IMG/VR virus record: IMGVR_UViG_3300020045_003163
Location: 1-40,686 of that record
Length of the DNA: 40,686 nt
DNA from: a virus
Lineage: Duplodnaviria; Caudoviricetes
Strand: one strand, 5' to 3'
Position numbers and translations under genes: made by a program. This document shows positions 1-7,909 of this stretch, piece after piece; positions within the stretch are counted from its first letter, which is position 1; each line of letters starts with the position of its first letter. Under the pieces are notes generated by a model. That model worked only from the letters and a program-made list of their open reading frames with translations. It did no database searches and was not told the origin of the DNA.

Positions 1-2043
1 ATGGCCGAGCAGTCTGGGCTGATCAACGCTGACTCGCGCCAGATGTGGGAGCATGAGTTCTACGTTCCGTTCTACCGCGTCATGGATGAGGAAAAGGATG
101 GCGTCTCGATGAGCTTTGGCGGATCGTCCGGCCTGTCACGCCAGCAAGCCTACAAGAAGCTGAAGGGCGGCAAGCAGCACCTGAACGACCTGCTCGAAAA
201 CACGCTGCTGAATTTCCACCATCTGATCCAGGCCAGTTTGAAGAATCAGGCGGCGCTGCAGGCGGTCGAAAATGCCTTGAACCTCGGCATGGCCGCGCCC
301 ACCACCGAGATGAAGCGCGACAAGAAGGCCAGCACCTTCGTGATGGATGGCGGAGAGAAGCGCTGGTACAACATCAATGATCCGCTGACGTTTAAAGCCT
401 TGTCGGCGTTGATGGATGGCGGCCTGAACAATCCGGTGATGAAGTCGGGCCGGGCCTTCAAGCGCTTTTACTCCAACATGATCACGGCCACGCCGCAGTT
501 CGTGGTGGCCAATGCGCTGCGCGACACGTTGAGCGCGATGGCGACGGCACCAACCAGCCCGGTGCCATTCTTGACGGCAGTTTCGGGCGCGAAAACTTAC
601 CTGACGGGTGACAACAAATCGCGCATGATGGCGCAAGGGGCCGCGTTTTCATTCGGGCAGGTCTACGGAACAAGCACCGACGACGTGAAAGCCAGCATCC
701 TCGGTCATTCTCGGTCGATGAAACTGGCCGATGGACCGATGCTGATCCCCAACGCCATCATGTCGGCATGGCGCGGATGGCGCGCCGTCTCCGATGTTTC
801 CGAGAATGCCAACCGGGCCGGGATCTGGCAGCGCAACATCCACAAGGGCAAGCTGAAAGCGGCATTCGAAGCGCGCGACCTGATGGATTTCAGCGCGCAC
901 GGCGACAATATCCTGGTGCGGATCATCACCGATCTGGTTCCGTTCGTGAATGCGCGGATTCAGGGGCAGGACAAGCTGTATCGATCGGGAATCAAGCCGG
1001 GCGCGAAGATCCTCGCCGGCAAGGGCACCAAGGCCGACCGCCAGGCGTTCGCTCGCTTCGCCATCGTCACCGGCGCACTGGCCATGGCCAGCATGGCTTT
1101 GTTCCTGTCGAACTATGATGACGAGGAATACCGCAAGCTGGAAGACTGGCAGCGGGATGCTTATTGGGTCGTGCGCGTCGGTGAAAACATGTTCTTCATG
1201 CCAAAGCCGTTCGAGGTGGGATCGATCGCCACGCTGGCCGAGCGCACGCTGGAGCAGTTCGTCGATCCGACTGTCGGCGGAAGAAAGTTTGCAAGCCGCT
1301 TTGCCCACATGCTGAGTGAGACATTTGGCCTGAATGCGATCCCGCAGATCATCAAGCCGCTGTACGAACTCGGCACCAACAAGAACAGCTTCACGGATCG
1401 CCAGATCGAGCCGCAAGGCATGAGCCGCCTGAGTCCAAGCCTGCGCAGCACGCCATCGACAACGCGTCTCGCAGAGGGTGCATCTGCCGCGATGGAATCG
1501 ACTTTGCGGGTTGCCGGCGCTGAATCGTGGGCCTTGTCGCCCTTGCAAATCGATCACCTGATCGCCGGCTACACCGGGCAGATCGGGGCATCGAGCGTCG
1601 CTATGATGGATACGATGTGGCGCAGGGCGCACGGCGAGCAAGCGCCAGACAAGAAATGGAGCGAGTACCAGCCGATCAAGCGCTTTTACAAAGACCTGTC
1701 GAGCGAGGACAATTACACCCGCTACGGGACGGACTTCTACGACGCACTGAAGAAAGCCGACCTGGCCTACTCCAACGTGCAGCACCTGCAAAAGATGGGC
1801 GAGTTTGAGCAAGCGGCCAAGAACATCGAGCGCGATCAAAAGCAGCTTGGGAGCAGGGGCATGCTGAAGCAGATCGAAAGCCAGTTGACCAAGATCAACG
1901 CGGCCATGAAGCAGGTCCAGCGTGACACGGCAATGAGCGGGACGGACAAGCGCAAGCAACTCGACGACCTGCGCGGCATGCGCAATTCGATCACGGAGCA
2001 GGGCGGCAAGATGCTGGAGCAGGAAAGGATGAAGGTGAACTAG
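1..2043 (+). CDS. C-terminal part of large polyvalent (LPD38-like) virion/ejection protein, probably 5'-truncated
   Basis: Motifs 'ARDLMDFS..G', 'PFVNARIQG.DKLYR', 'YRKLEDWQRDAYW', 'PKPFEVG', 'SPLQIDHLIAGYTG' are typical of LPD38-containing phage proteins. ORF begins at the window edge. Confidence 0.75.
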   Translation: MAEQSGLINADSRQMWEHEFYVPFYRVMDEEKDGVSMSFGGSSGLSRQQAYKKLKGGKQHLNDLLENTLLNFHHLIQASLKNQAALQAVENALNLGMAAPTTEMKRDKKASTFVMDGGEKRWYNINDPLTFKALSALMDGGLNNPVMKSGRAFKRFYSNMITATPQFVVANALRDTLSAMATAPTSPVPFLTAVSGAKTYLTGDNKSRMMAQGAAFSFGQVYGTSTDDVKASILGHSRSMKLADGPMLIPNAIMSAWRGWRAVSDVSENANRAGIWQRNIHKGKLKAAFEARDLMDFSAHGDNILVRIITDLVPFVNARIQGQDKLYRSGIKPGAKILAGKGTKADRQAFARFAIVTGALAMASMALFLSNYDDEEYRKLEDWQRDAYWVVRVGENMFFMPKPFEVGSIATLAERTLEQFVDPTVGGRKFASRFAHMLSETFGLNAIPQIIKPLYELGTNKNSFTDRQIEPQGMSRLSPSLRSTPSTTRLAEGASAAMESTLRVAGAESWALSPLQIDHLIAGYTGQIGASSVAMMDTMWRRAHGEQAPDKKWSEYQPIKRFYKDLSSEDNYTRYGTDFYDALKKADLAYSNVQHLQKMGEFEQAAKNIERDQKQLGSRGMLKQIESQLTKINAAMKQVQRDTAMSGTDKRKQLDDLRGMRNSITEQGGKMLEQERMKVN

Positions 2044-2255
2044 CGCCGGTTGGCGCAGCCGATCCCGAGCATGAACACGGCAGGGAACAGGAGCAGCGGC
2101 TGCGCCAGGAGCGTGAAGACGACCAGCAACGTCGCCGGGGCGGCGGCCAGGATCACCAGGAATCCGCCCGTCGTCTGGTATTCGCGGGGAGCCTGGCAAT
2201 AGACCGCAACGGCGATGAAGGCCATGATGATGGCGAGCGCAAGGAAGTTTGACAT
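2040..2255 (-). CDS. Small membrane protein (moron-like)
   Basis: About 71 aa with 2-3 hydrophobic segments, convergent with the late gene. Confidence 0.55.
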   Translation of the reverse strand: MSNFLALAIIMAFIAVAVYCQAPREYQTTGGFLVILAAAPATLLVVFTLLAQPLLLFPAVFMLGIGCANRR

Positions 2256-2321
2256 GGGGCTATCCATCGAGGGGAGGCGTCCATTCTAACGTGACAATCG
2301 GGCAACGGATATTTCCGGGCG

Positions 2322-2618
2322 TCACTTGCGCTTGTCTTCGGCCTCGATTTTCTTGATGGCGGCGCGCACCCGGCCGGCGCGGGAGATTTCTTCCTCGCAG
2401 GCTTTGGCGAGAATTTCGCGGATGAACGAGGCTTTGGAATAGATGATCCGCTGCTCGACCAGCCAATCGAGTTGCATCATCAGGGGCTCGGGCAGTGGAG
2501 TATTCAAGCCAACCTTGCGCGTCGGGTCGCCACCTTTCCACGGTGGGTCCGACTTTTTGGCGGGCGTGCGCGTTACCGGTTTGGATGCACTCTTTCGGCG
2601 TGGCGTCGTGTTGACCAT
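2322..2618 (-). CDS. Small ribbon-helix-helix-like (Arc/CopG-type) DNA-binding protein
   Basis: 'KVGLNTPLPEPLMMQLDWLVEQRIIYSKASFIREILAKACEEE' fits the strand-helix-helix RHH pattern. Basic N-terminal tail. Confidence 0.6.
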   Translation of the reverse strand: MVNTTPRRKSASKPVTRTPAKKSDPPWKGGDPTRKVGLNTPLPEPLMMQLDWLVEQRIIYSKASFIREILAKACEEEISRAGRVRAAIKKIEAEDKRK

Positions 2619-2708
2619 CGGTAAGCATCCATCCTGTTTGCTGCCATGCAGTACCAATGCAAATAGCATCTAACATCCTGTAACGGGAGGCATTCATGGG
2701 TAAATACT

Positions 2709-2739
2709 GGTTTCATTTCAGAACCATTGGCGATAGAAT
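2709..2739 (+). promoter_or_regulatory. Putative lysis-cassette promoter overlapped by a 17-bp box
   Basis: TTTCAT (2711-16), 17 bp, TAGAAT (2734-39). Box GGTTTCATTTCAGAACC at 2709-2725. Confidence 0.55.
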
Positions 2740-2770
2740 CGGGACAACAATCACCGACTGGCGAACACGA

Positions 2771-3109
2771 ATGGAAGAAGAATTGAAGACGGCCGGAAAG
2801 GTGATCAGCGATCCCGCATCCATTTCGATGATCACTTACGCCTGGGTCATCCTGCTGGCGGTCTGGGGCGGCCTAATCCGCGTCATGCGTGAGATCAAGT
2901 TTGGCGAGAAATCCGCAGCAGAAATGACGTGGATCTTCTTCGTTGAAATTCTCACCTCGGCGTTTGTCGGCGTGCTGACGTTTTACCTCTGCACCGCATC
3001 CGACATCCAGCCGCTGTACACCGCCGTCCTCACGTCCACCTCGGGCTGGATGGGCGTGCGGGCTCTGGCGGTCTTCGAGGCAATTTACAACTCACGCAAA
3101 GGAGATTGA
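2771..3109 (+). CDS. Holin (LydA-like)
   Basis: 112 aa with 2-3 TM segments, directly upstream of and overlapping the endolysin. Confidence 0.8.
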   Translation: MEEELKTAGKVISDPASISMITYAWVILLAVWGGLIRVMREIKFGEKSAAEMTWIFFVEILTSAFVGVLTFYLCTASDIQPLYTAVLTSTSGWMGVRALAVFEAIYNSRKGD

Positions 3110-3627
3110 GCATGAACTTCGACACTGCTTTCGAGCGACTGATCGGCCATGAAGGCGGTTACAGCATTTCAGAGAAAGATCCGGGAAACTGGACCGGCGG
3201 CCGGCCCGGCGTCGGCGCGCTGCATGGCACCAAGTATGGTATCGCGGCCAACACCTATCCGGACATCGACATTCAGAATCTCACCATCGAGCAGGCGAAA
3301 GCCATCTATCGACGGGACTGGTGGATGAAGATCGGCGCGGATGAGATCGATGGCGCGATCGCGTTTCAGCTTTGGGACTTCGCCGTCAATGCCGGCATGA
3401 GCACGTCGAAGCGCGCCATGCAGCGCTCGGTCGGCGTCGCCGATGATGGCATTTTCGGCCCGGCAACGATCGCCGCGATCAAGAAGGCCAACGTCGCCGA
3501 CACGATCCTGAAGTTCAACGCGCAGCGCCTGCGCTTCTACACGTCGCTGTCGACCTGGAGCACCTATGGTCGCGGCTGGACCAATCGCGTCGCCGGCCAG
3601 CTCGATTATGCAGCCATCGATGTTTGA
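3106..3627 (+). CDS. Endolysin, glycoside hydrolase family 108 with C-terminal PG-binding domain
   Basis: 'HEGGYS...DPG...TKYGI', 'DFAVNAG', 'DDGIFGPATIAA', 'YGRGWTNRV'. Confidence 0.92.
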   Translation: MSMNFDTAFERLIGHEGGYSISEKDPGNWTGGRPGVGALHGTKYGIAANTYPDIDIQNLTIEQAKAIYRRDWWMKIGADEIDGAIAFQLWDFAVNAGMSTSKRAMQRSVGVADDGIFGPATIAAIKKANVADTILKFNAQRLRFYTSLSTWSTYGRGWTNRVAGQLDYAAIDV

Positions 3628-3994
3628 TACCCTGCGCGCCGATCCCATGATCATCATCCTGGCGATCGGCGTCGCCGCGATCCTGGTCGCCTTTTACCGC
3701 GCGCATCGTCGTGCGGGCTTCGATTTTAATGCTTTCGATCTCGTCATGGAAGACGGCAAGGTCAACAAGATCGCCGTGGCGTTCATGCTGGTCCTGCTCG
3801 TCACCACCTGGGTGATCATCGACCAGCAATTGAAAGGCAACCTGTCGGAAGGGATGTTCGGACTGTATGGCGGGATGTGGGTCATTCCGCTGGTCGCCAA
3901 GGTCGTGTTCCAGAAGACCGAAATGCCCGGCACCACCACCATGTCGAGCATGACATCGACCACCACCGTTCCCGCGCAGGAGCCATTGCCATGA
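3620..3994 (+). CDS. Membrane protein in lysis cassette (second holin/antiholin-like)
   Basis: 124 aa with about 3 hydrophobic segments, overlapping both the endolysin and the spanin genes. Confidence 0.6.
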   Translation: MFDTLRADPMIIILAIGVAAILVAFYRAHRRAGFDFNAFDLVMEDGKVNKIAVAFMLVLLVTTWVIIDQQLKGNLSEGMFGLYGGMWVIPLVAKVVFQKTEMPGTTTMSSMTSTTTVPAQEPLP

Positions 3995-4365
3995 TGTCGA
4001 TCCAGGCCAAGGCCATCGCTGCGGCCATCGTCGCCGCGATCCTGTTCGGGTCCGGCTGGCAGGTGCGCTCTTGGTACGATGGTGCGCAGGACGCCGCCAG
4101 GCTCGAAGCCGAGGCGCGCGCCACGTCGTTGATGAATGTGCTGGCCAACAAGGTATCGGCCAGCACCGAGACAGCCATTCAGGGGATTCGCATTGAAAAC
4201 CGAACTATCTACAACCAGGCGCAAAAAGAGATCGTGCGCGAAACTGTGTATGCTGCTTGCCGGGTGCCTGACGCTGGCCTCTTGCTCGTCAACGCGGCCC
4301 GCGCTAGCACCGCCGCCAGCAAACCTGACGATCGCCTGCCCAGCGCCCGCGCTGCTGGACCCTGA
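3991..4365 (+). CDS. Inner-membrane spanin (Rz-like)
   Basis: N-terminal TM helix 'AIAAAIVAAILFGSGWQVRSW', coiled region, C-terminal Cys. Confidence 0.8.
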   Translation: MMSIQAKAIAAAIVAAILFGSGWQVRSWYDGAQDAARLEAEARATSLMNVLANKVSASTETAIQGIRIENRTIYNQAQKEIVRETVYAACRVPDAGLLLVNAARASTAASKPDDRLPSARAAGP

Positions 4366-4486
4366 CGCCAACATGGGCGATCTGCTGCTGGCCGACATCG
4401 AGCTTGCTGGCCAGTATCAGGAATGCCGGGCGCGTCATTCTGGACTGGCGCAATGGGCGGATGCTGCGACGAAACCAGCGAAATAG
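4193..4486 (+). CDS. Outer-membrane spanin lipoprotein (Rz1-like); start uncertain (TTG 4193 or ATG 4250)
   Basis: Lipobox 'LTLASC', Pro-rich 'PPPANLTIACP', 'YQECRARH'. Overlaps Rz in another frame. Confidence 0.8.
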   Translation: MKTELSTTRRKKRSCAKLCMLLAGCLTLASCSSTRPALAPPPANLTIACPAPALLDPDANMGDLLLADIELAGQYQECRARHSGLAQWADAATKPAK

Positions 4487-4529
4487 ATTGCAGTCGGCAT
4501 ATCCCGCCTGCATTTCTATGGCATAATCA

Positions 4530-5062
4530 GATCATGCGACGATCTATTAAGCAGACGAAGTAAGTCCCCACCAATTTCCGATCCGAAAAGTGAAGCACTG
4601 ATTGGGGTCCGAACCAACGAAGCCCAACCCTCTGAGCATTGATCATCCCTTCGATGCGCCTGACTGGCGTAACCAGTCACTACAGAACAAGGGCAGCGCG
4701 GAAAGTAGACGCGCCTAAGTAAGGTCGAAAGGCATGGGGAATCGGCAAAGCCTTAAGTGGCATTGCGCTGGGCAGATCACCGCGCCAGACAATACTGAAC
4801 CATGTAGCTGGAGTAGCGACCAGCCCCTTGCTCTGTGGCGCCATCGCAGGCTGATGCGAAGACCCGTAGACGGATGACCTGCATCTGAAAACGGCGAGCT
4901 TACCGACATGGTGAGTAAGCAAGCAGGATGTTCAGCACCTGCCGCCACACAGAATTTGATGGGACGCTATCAGGCTAGATCTGATAGGACGCCACACGTT
5001 GACAGCCGGAAAGACGGCACCAACACCGCGCCACCGATCAGATAGACCGGGGCACTACACCG
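4530..5062 (+). ncRNA. Candidate large structured non-coding RNA (multi-domain, tRNA-like modules)
   Basis: ~600-nt gap with no credible ORF. Extended -10 TGGCATAAT at 4519-27, many hairpins, two closed multibranch domains, intrinsic terminator at 5063-91. Confidence 0.6.
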
Positions 5063-5091
5063 AACCCGGCCCAGCGTCGGGTTTTTTGTTT
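5063..5091 (+). terminator. Rho-independent terminator
   Basis: AACCCGGC-CCAGC-GTCGGGTT followed by TTTTGTTT. Confidence 0.85.
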
Positions 5092-6149
5092 CATGGTGCA
5101 GTCACGATCGGCAGCCATTCCCATCCTTCCATGCAATCGCCCTTTTTCCGCATGTGCGTGTACCGCTTCAGCGACTGCCATGAGCGATGCCCGCTGACGG
5201 CCGCAACCTGCGGGATCGACATCCCCATCTCAAACAAGCGCGAACAGCCATGGTGCCGCAGGTCGTGCATGTGCAGGTCTTCGATACCGAGGATCTGCCC
5301 GGCGCGCGTGAAGGCCAAGCCGATGCCATCGGTGCCGAACGGGAAAATGCGGTCATCGGTGCGCGGCATGGACCTGGCGATCGCCTCGGCCTCGGGCGGC
5401 AGGTCGCACCAGATATGGTTCCCCATCTTATCGCCTGGGTTCTTCATGTCGCGCACTAGCACGCGGCCTGGCTCAAGGTCATCCCATCGGATGCGCGCGG
5501 TTTCCTCCAGTCGCCGGGTCGAGAACAGCGCGAAGGCGGTAATTTTCTGCATCGGGATCGAATTCGGGCGGCGGTGCCGGACTGCGCCAAAGTGCGCCAT
5601 GATCGCATTCAATTCGTCCAGCGTCGGGCGGCGCTCGCGCTGCGTGCTCTTTCCTGTGATACCCATCTTCTTCCCGACCGTCATGCTATCGCGCATGGCT
5701 TGCTGATCGAGCGGGTAGCCCCATGCTGGCTTTGCTACAGCAAAGACTGCGCCAAGGTGGGACAGGTAATTCTGCACCGTCTGGGGCTTGCATTTCAGCC
5801 GGGCGGCGAAGGCGATGATCTGCGTGCTGCCGATCTGCGAGCACTTCATGTCGGCGATGATGTCGCACTTGATGGTCGCCAGCACCTGCTTCTTAGTGCG
5901 GCCAAGCTCATGCCGGGATTCCGCGATGTACTGGTCGATCACCTTGGACAGCGCCGGGTCGTCGACCTTGTGCATGCCGCCGGGCTCGGCCAGCTCAGTC
6001 TCGCGCTTCCTGATCCAACTCAACGCCGCCGCCTGCCGGTCGAAGGTTTGGCCTTCGCGGTAAGCCAGGCCACCGCCTTGCTTGATGACGATCCTGGCCG
6101 AATAGCCGACCGTGCCGTCCTTGCGCTTGCGTGCTACTACCGTTCCCAT
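5091..6149 (-). CDS. int: Tyrosine integrase, DusA-associated type
   Basis: Catalytic motifs 'STRRLEE', 'DMKNP', 'HMHDLRHHGCSRLFE', 'SGHRSWQSLKRYTH'. N-terminus 'MGTVVARKRKDG'. Adjacent to a dusA 5' fragment. Confidence 0.93.
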   Translation of the reverse strand: MGTVVARKRKDGTVGYSARIVIKQGGGLAYREGQTFDRQAAALSWIRKRETELAEPGGMHKVDDPALSKVIDQYIAESRHELGRTKKQVLATIKCDIIADMKCSQIGSTQIIAFAARLKCKPQTVQNYLSHLGAVFAVAKPAWGYPLDQQAMRDSMTVGKKMGITGKSTQRERRPTLDELNAIMAHFGAVRHRRPNSIPMQKITAFALFSTRRLEETARIRWDDLEPGRVLVRDMKNPGDKMGNHIWCDLPPEAEAIARSMPRTDDRIFPFGTDGIGLAFTRAGQILGIEDLHMHDLRHHGCSRLFEMGMSIPQVAAVSGHRSWQSLKRYTHMRKKGDCMEGWEWLPIVTAP

Positions 6150-6163
6150 CAGTCCGTCCAATT

Positions 6164-6193
6164 CGACTTCCACGACTATTCCAACGACTTCCA
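6164..6193 (+). repeat. Triple direct repeat, candidate integrase arm-type sites
   Basis: CGACTTCCA (6164-72), CGACTATTCCA (6173-83), CGACTTCCA (6185-93), between int and the att core. Confidence 0.45.
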
Positions 6194-6297
6194 TTGGAAT
6201 ACCGGGGTGGTCAACACGGGCAGAAATAGGCGGAAATGGTTAGATTGTCAAACCATTGACATGGATAATCGAACCCAGTGCGGGACGAGAAAAGCCA

Positions 6298-6357
6298 ATG
6301 AATTCAAAGGGCCAATTTTTGGGTAAGTTTTCGGTAGCGCCGATGATGGAATGGACG
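6298..6357 (+). other. attP region: phage-borne replacement 5' end of dusA
   Basis: Encodes MNSKGQFLGK-FSVAPMMEWT, matching the DusA N-terminal FSVAPM(L/M)(D/E)WT motif. Similarity stops there (no DRHCR). Confidence 0.85.
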
Positions 6358-6456
6358 ATTGCGCAGAGAAGCACTTTTCGTTTCAACAGCTTACAGCAAC
6401 CAGAAATCCCGTGTAACGAATTTGGAAGACCGGGAAATCGGCGGAGATCATACAAT

Positions 6457-6480
6457 AAAAAAGGACGCTCGAAAGCGCCC
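6457..6480 (-). terminator. Terminator ending the leftward early operon before attP
   Basis: Minus strand GGGCGCT-TTCG-AGCGTCC-TTTTTT. Confidence 0.8.
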
Positions 6481-6505
6481 CGCTGAAATCATGCTGACCA
6501 CTGCC

Positions 6506-6736
6506 TCACATCATCATGAGTGACCCGACCACCGCCACCATGGACGCCAGCAACACCCCGCACAGGATCGCGCTCCATGGCCTGCGCCAGCAGATCTCAG
6601 GGATCATCGCCAGGATCAGCATCACGCCCGAGACGATGAACGGCCCGGACAGCAGCGCGAACAGTTTGGCGTCGGCCATGAAGCCAGTGCCAGCCCAGAT
6701 GGCGAGCCCGATCAGGGCGCTGGGGAAAGCGTGCAT
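6506..6736 (-). CDS. Small membrane protein
   Basis: 76 aa, very hydrophobic, coupled to the xis-like gene. Confidence 0.6.
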   Translation of the reverse strand: MHAFPSALIGLAIWAGTGFMADAKLFALLSGPFIVSGVMLILAMIPEICWRRPWSAILCGVLLASMVAVVGSLMMM

Positions 6737-7002
6737 CAGCGGCCACCGTGAAGCTGCTGGAATTCCTTCGTCGCAGCCGCGCGGCGCTCGTCGATGTAGG
6801 CAGCCAGGTCGTTGACGTGAACACCCTTGGCGGCCTTCTGCGATCCCTCGATGCGGATCACCGGCAGCGGTATGTCGCCGGCGGCGGCCTTGCGTGACAG
6901 CTTCTCGATCGTCAAATGCGGGAAGTAGTCGCGCCCGACATCGGCCAGCGGGATCACCGCGCGGCCATTGTACTGAGCCATAAGAAAAAATGCTGTGTTC
7001 AT
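6736..7002 (-). CDS. PrtN-family (pyocin activator-like) excisionase/RDF
   Basis: 'MNTAFFLMAQYNGRAVIPL..V.RDYF.HLT...','SQKAAKGVH..DLA.YID' is the PrtN family pattern. Next to the integrase. Confidence 0.85.
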   Translation of the reverse strand: MNTAFFLMAQYNGRAVIPLADVGRDYFPHLTIEKLSRKAAAGDIPLPVIRIEGSQKAAKGVHVNDLAAYIDERRAAATKEFQQLHGGR

Positions 7003-7036
7003 GAAAGAATCACCCCGCTGATCTGGGGCGATCCTG

Positions 7037-7468
7037 TCACCGGTGGTTCGATATTGCAACCGCTGGACGCCTACCAAAAAATGCGGCCATGAGCGGATCG
7101 CTGGTCCCTTGCTCGGCTGCTTTCTTGCTCCAGTAGGTCGCGCGCTGCTTGGCCTTGCGTTCTTCCCAGAGTCCGGCCGCCTTCACGCCAGCGCGGTAGT
7201 TTTCGCCCTTTTTTTTGATCGTCAGCATCTTCAGGCGACAGGCAACATCCTTGCCGGGGCCGGCGAAGTAGATGGCCATCGGGCAGCCCTTCTTTGGGCG
7301 ATGCCAATTCCCGATATGGACTTCGCGCGCCTCCGGTTCATCGCCGTGCATCTGGCGAACAATGCGCGAAACGCTGGTCCTCGATATGCCGGACCGCTCG
7401 GCGATGTCCAGCATCGTGCCCGGCAGGTAGTCGACAAGCAGGTATTTCAAAACTGGTGTGCGTCCCAT
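7037..7468 (-). CDS. HTH-containing phage protein
   Basis: 'TMLDIAERSGISRTSVSRIVRQM' HTH-like. C-terminal 'DPLMAAFFG'. Confidence 0.65.
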   Translation of the reverse strand: MGRTPVLKYLLVDYLPGTMLDIAERSGISRTSVSRIVRQMHGDEPEAREVHIGNWHRPKKGCPMAIYFAGPGKDVACRLKMLTIKKKGENYRAGVKAAGLWEERKAKQRATYWSKKAAEQGTSDPLMAAFFGRRPAVAISNHR

Positions 7469-7482
7469 AAAATCCTTTTCAA

Positions 7483-7707
7483 TCAGAATAAATCAGGCTG
7501 GCGCGGGTCGAGCGGCGCAAGCTGGTAGATGATGGTCCAGCCCTTGCGGCATGGATCATCGCAGTCCGGCATGCCGGCGCGCACTGCTAGCGCCGCCATC
7601 TCGGTGCAGGTCTTGAAACTCTCGTCGCGAAACAGGCATTTCTTGCATGCCCGGCCGCGTACTTCCTGCGCAATGAACTTGATGGCGGCGTCGGTCACAG
7701 ATGCCAT
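7483..7707 (-). CDS. Hypothetical Cys-containing protein
   Basis: 74 aa with CKKCLF and additional Cys residues, in operon. Confidence 0.55.
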   Translation of the reverse strand: MASVTDAAIKFIAQEVRGRACKKCLFRDESFKTCTEMAALAVRAGMPDCDDPCRKGWTIIYQLAPLDPRQPDLF

Positions 7708-7796
7708 CCAGCGATGGCGGTGGCGACGTGGAGCGCTCCGAGTAACGCCGAAAACAAGACGGCGAGCAGCAGGCCGTCGCGGATGGCGGCGATCAT
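7695..7796 (-). CDS. 33-aa hydrophobic peptide (below ORF-track cutoff)
   Basis: MIAAIRDGLLLAVLFSALLGALHVATAIAGWHL. ATGA-coupled to the upstream ORF. Confidence 0.5.
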   Translation of the reverse strand: MIAAIRDGLLLAVLFSALLGALHVATAIAGWHL

Positions 7797-7909
7797 GACA
7801 GCGACCAGCCGAGCAACGAAGCGAAGATCACGATAGCGATGCCGCAGGCGGCCCAGACCGGGGTCATGGATTCGTCGATTGGATCGTCGCGGTAGTTGTG
7901 GCGCTTCAT
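7793..7909 (-). CDS. 38-aa single-TM peptide (below ORF-track cutoff)
   Basis: MKRHNYRDDPIDESMTPVWAACGIAIVIFASLLGWSLS. ATGA overlaps at both ends. Confidence 0.5.
   Translation of the reverse strand: MKRHNYRDDPIDESMTPVWAACGIAIVIFASLLGWSLS

Noticed and set aside
4846-4890. Second hammerhead at CTGATGCGAA
   Set aside because: The core reads CUGAUGC rather than CUGANGA, and the stems and GAAA do not assemble.
4682-4949. Canonical tRNA genes
   Set aside because: No GTTCGA T-loop, no 7-nt anticodon arm of standard geometry, and the modules are too long. Kept only as tRNA-like ncRNA.
6256-6486. 76-aa ORF as a functional gene or full dusA
   Set aside because: Only about 10 codons match DusA. The rest is read-through across attP.
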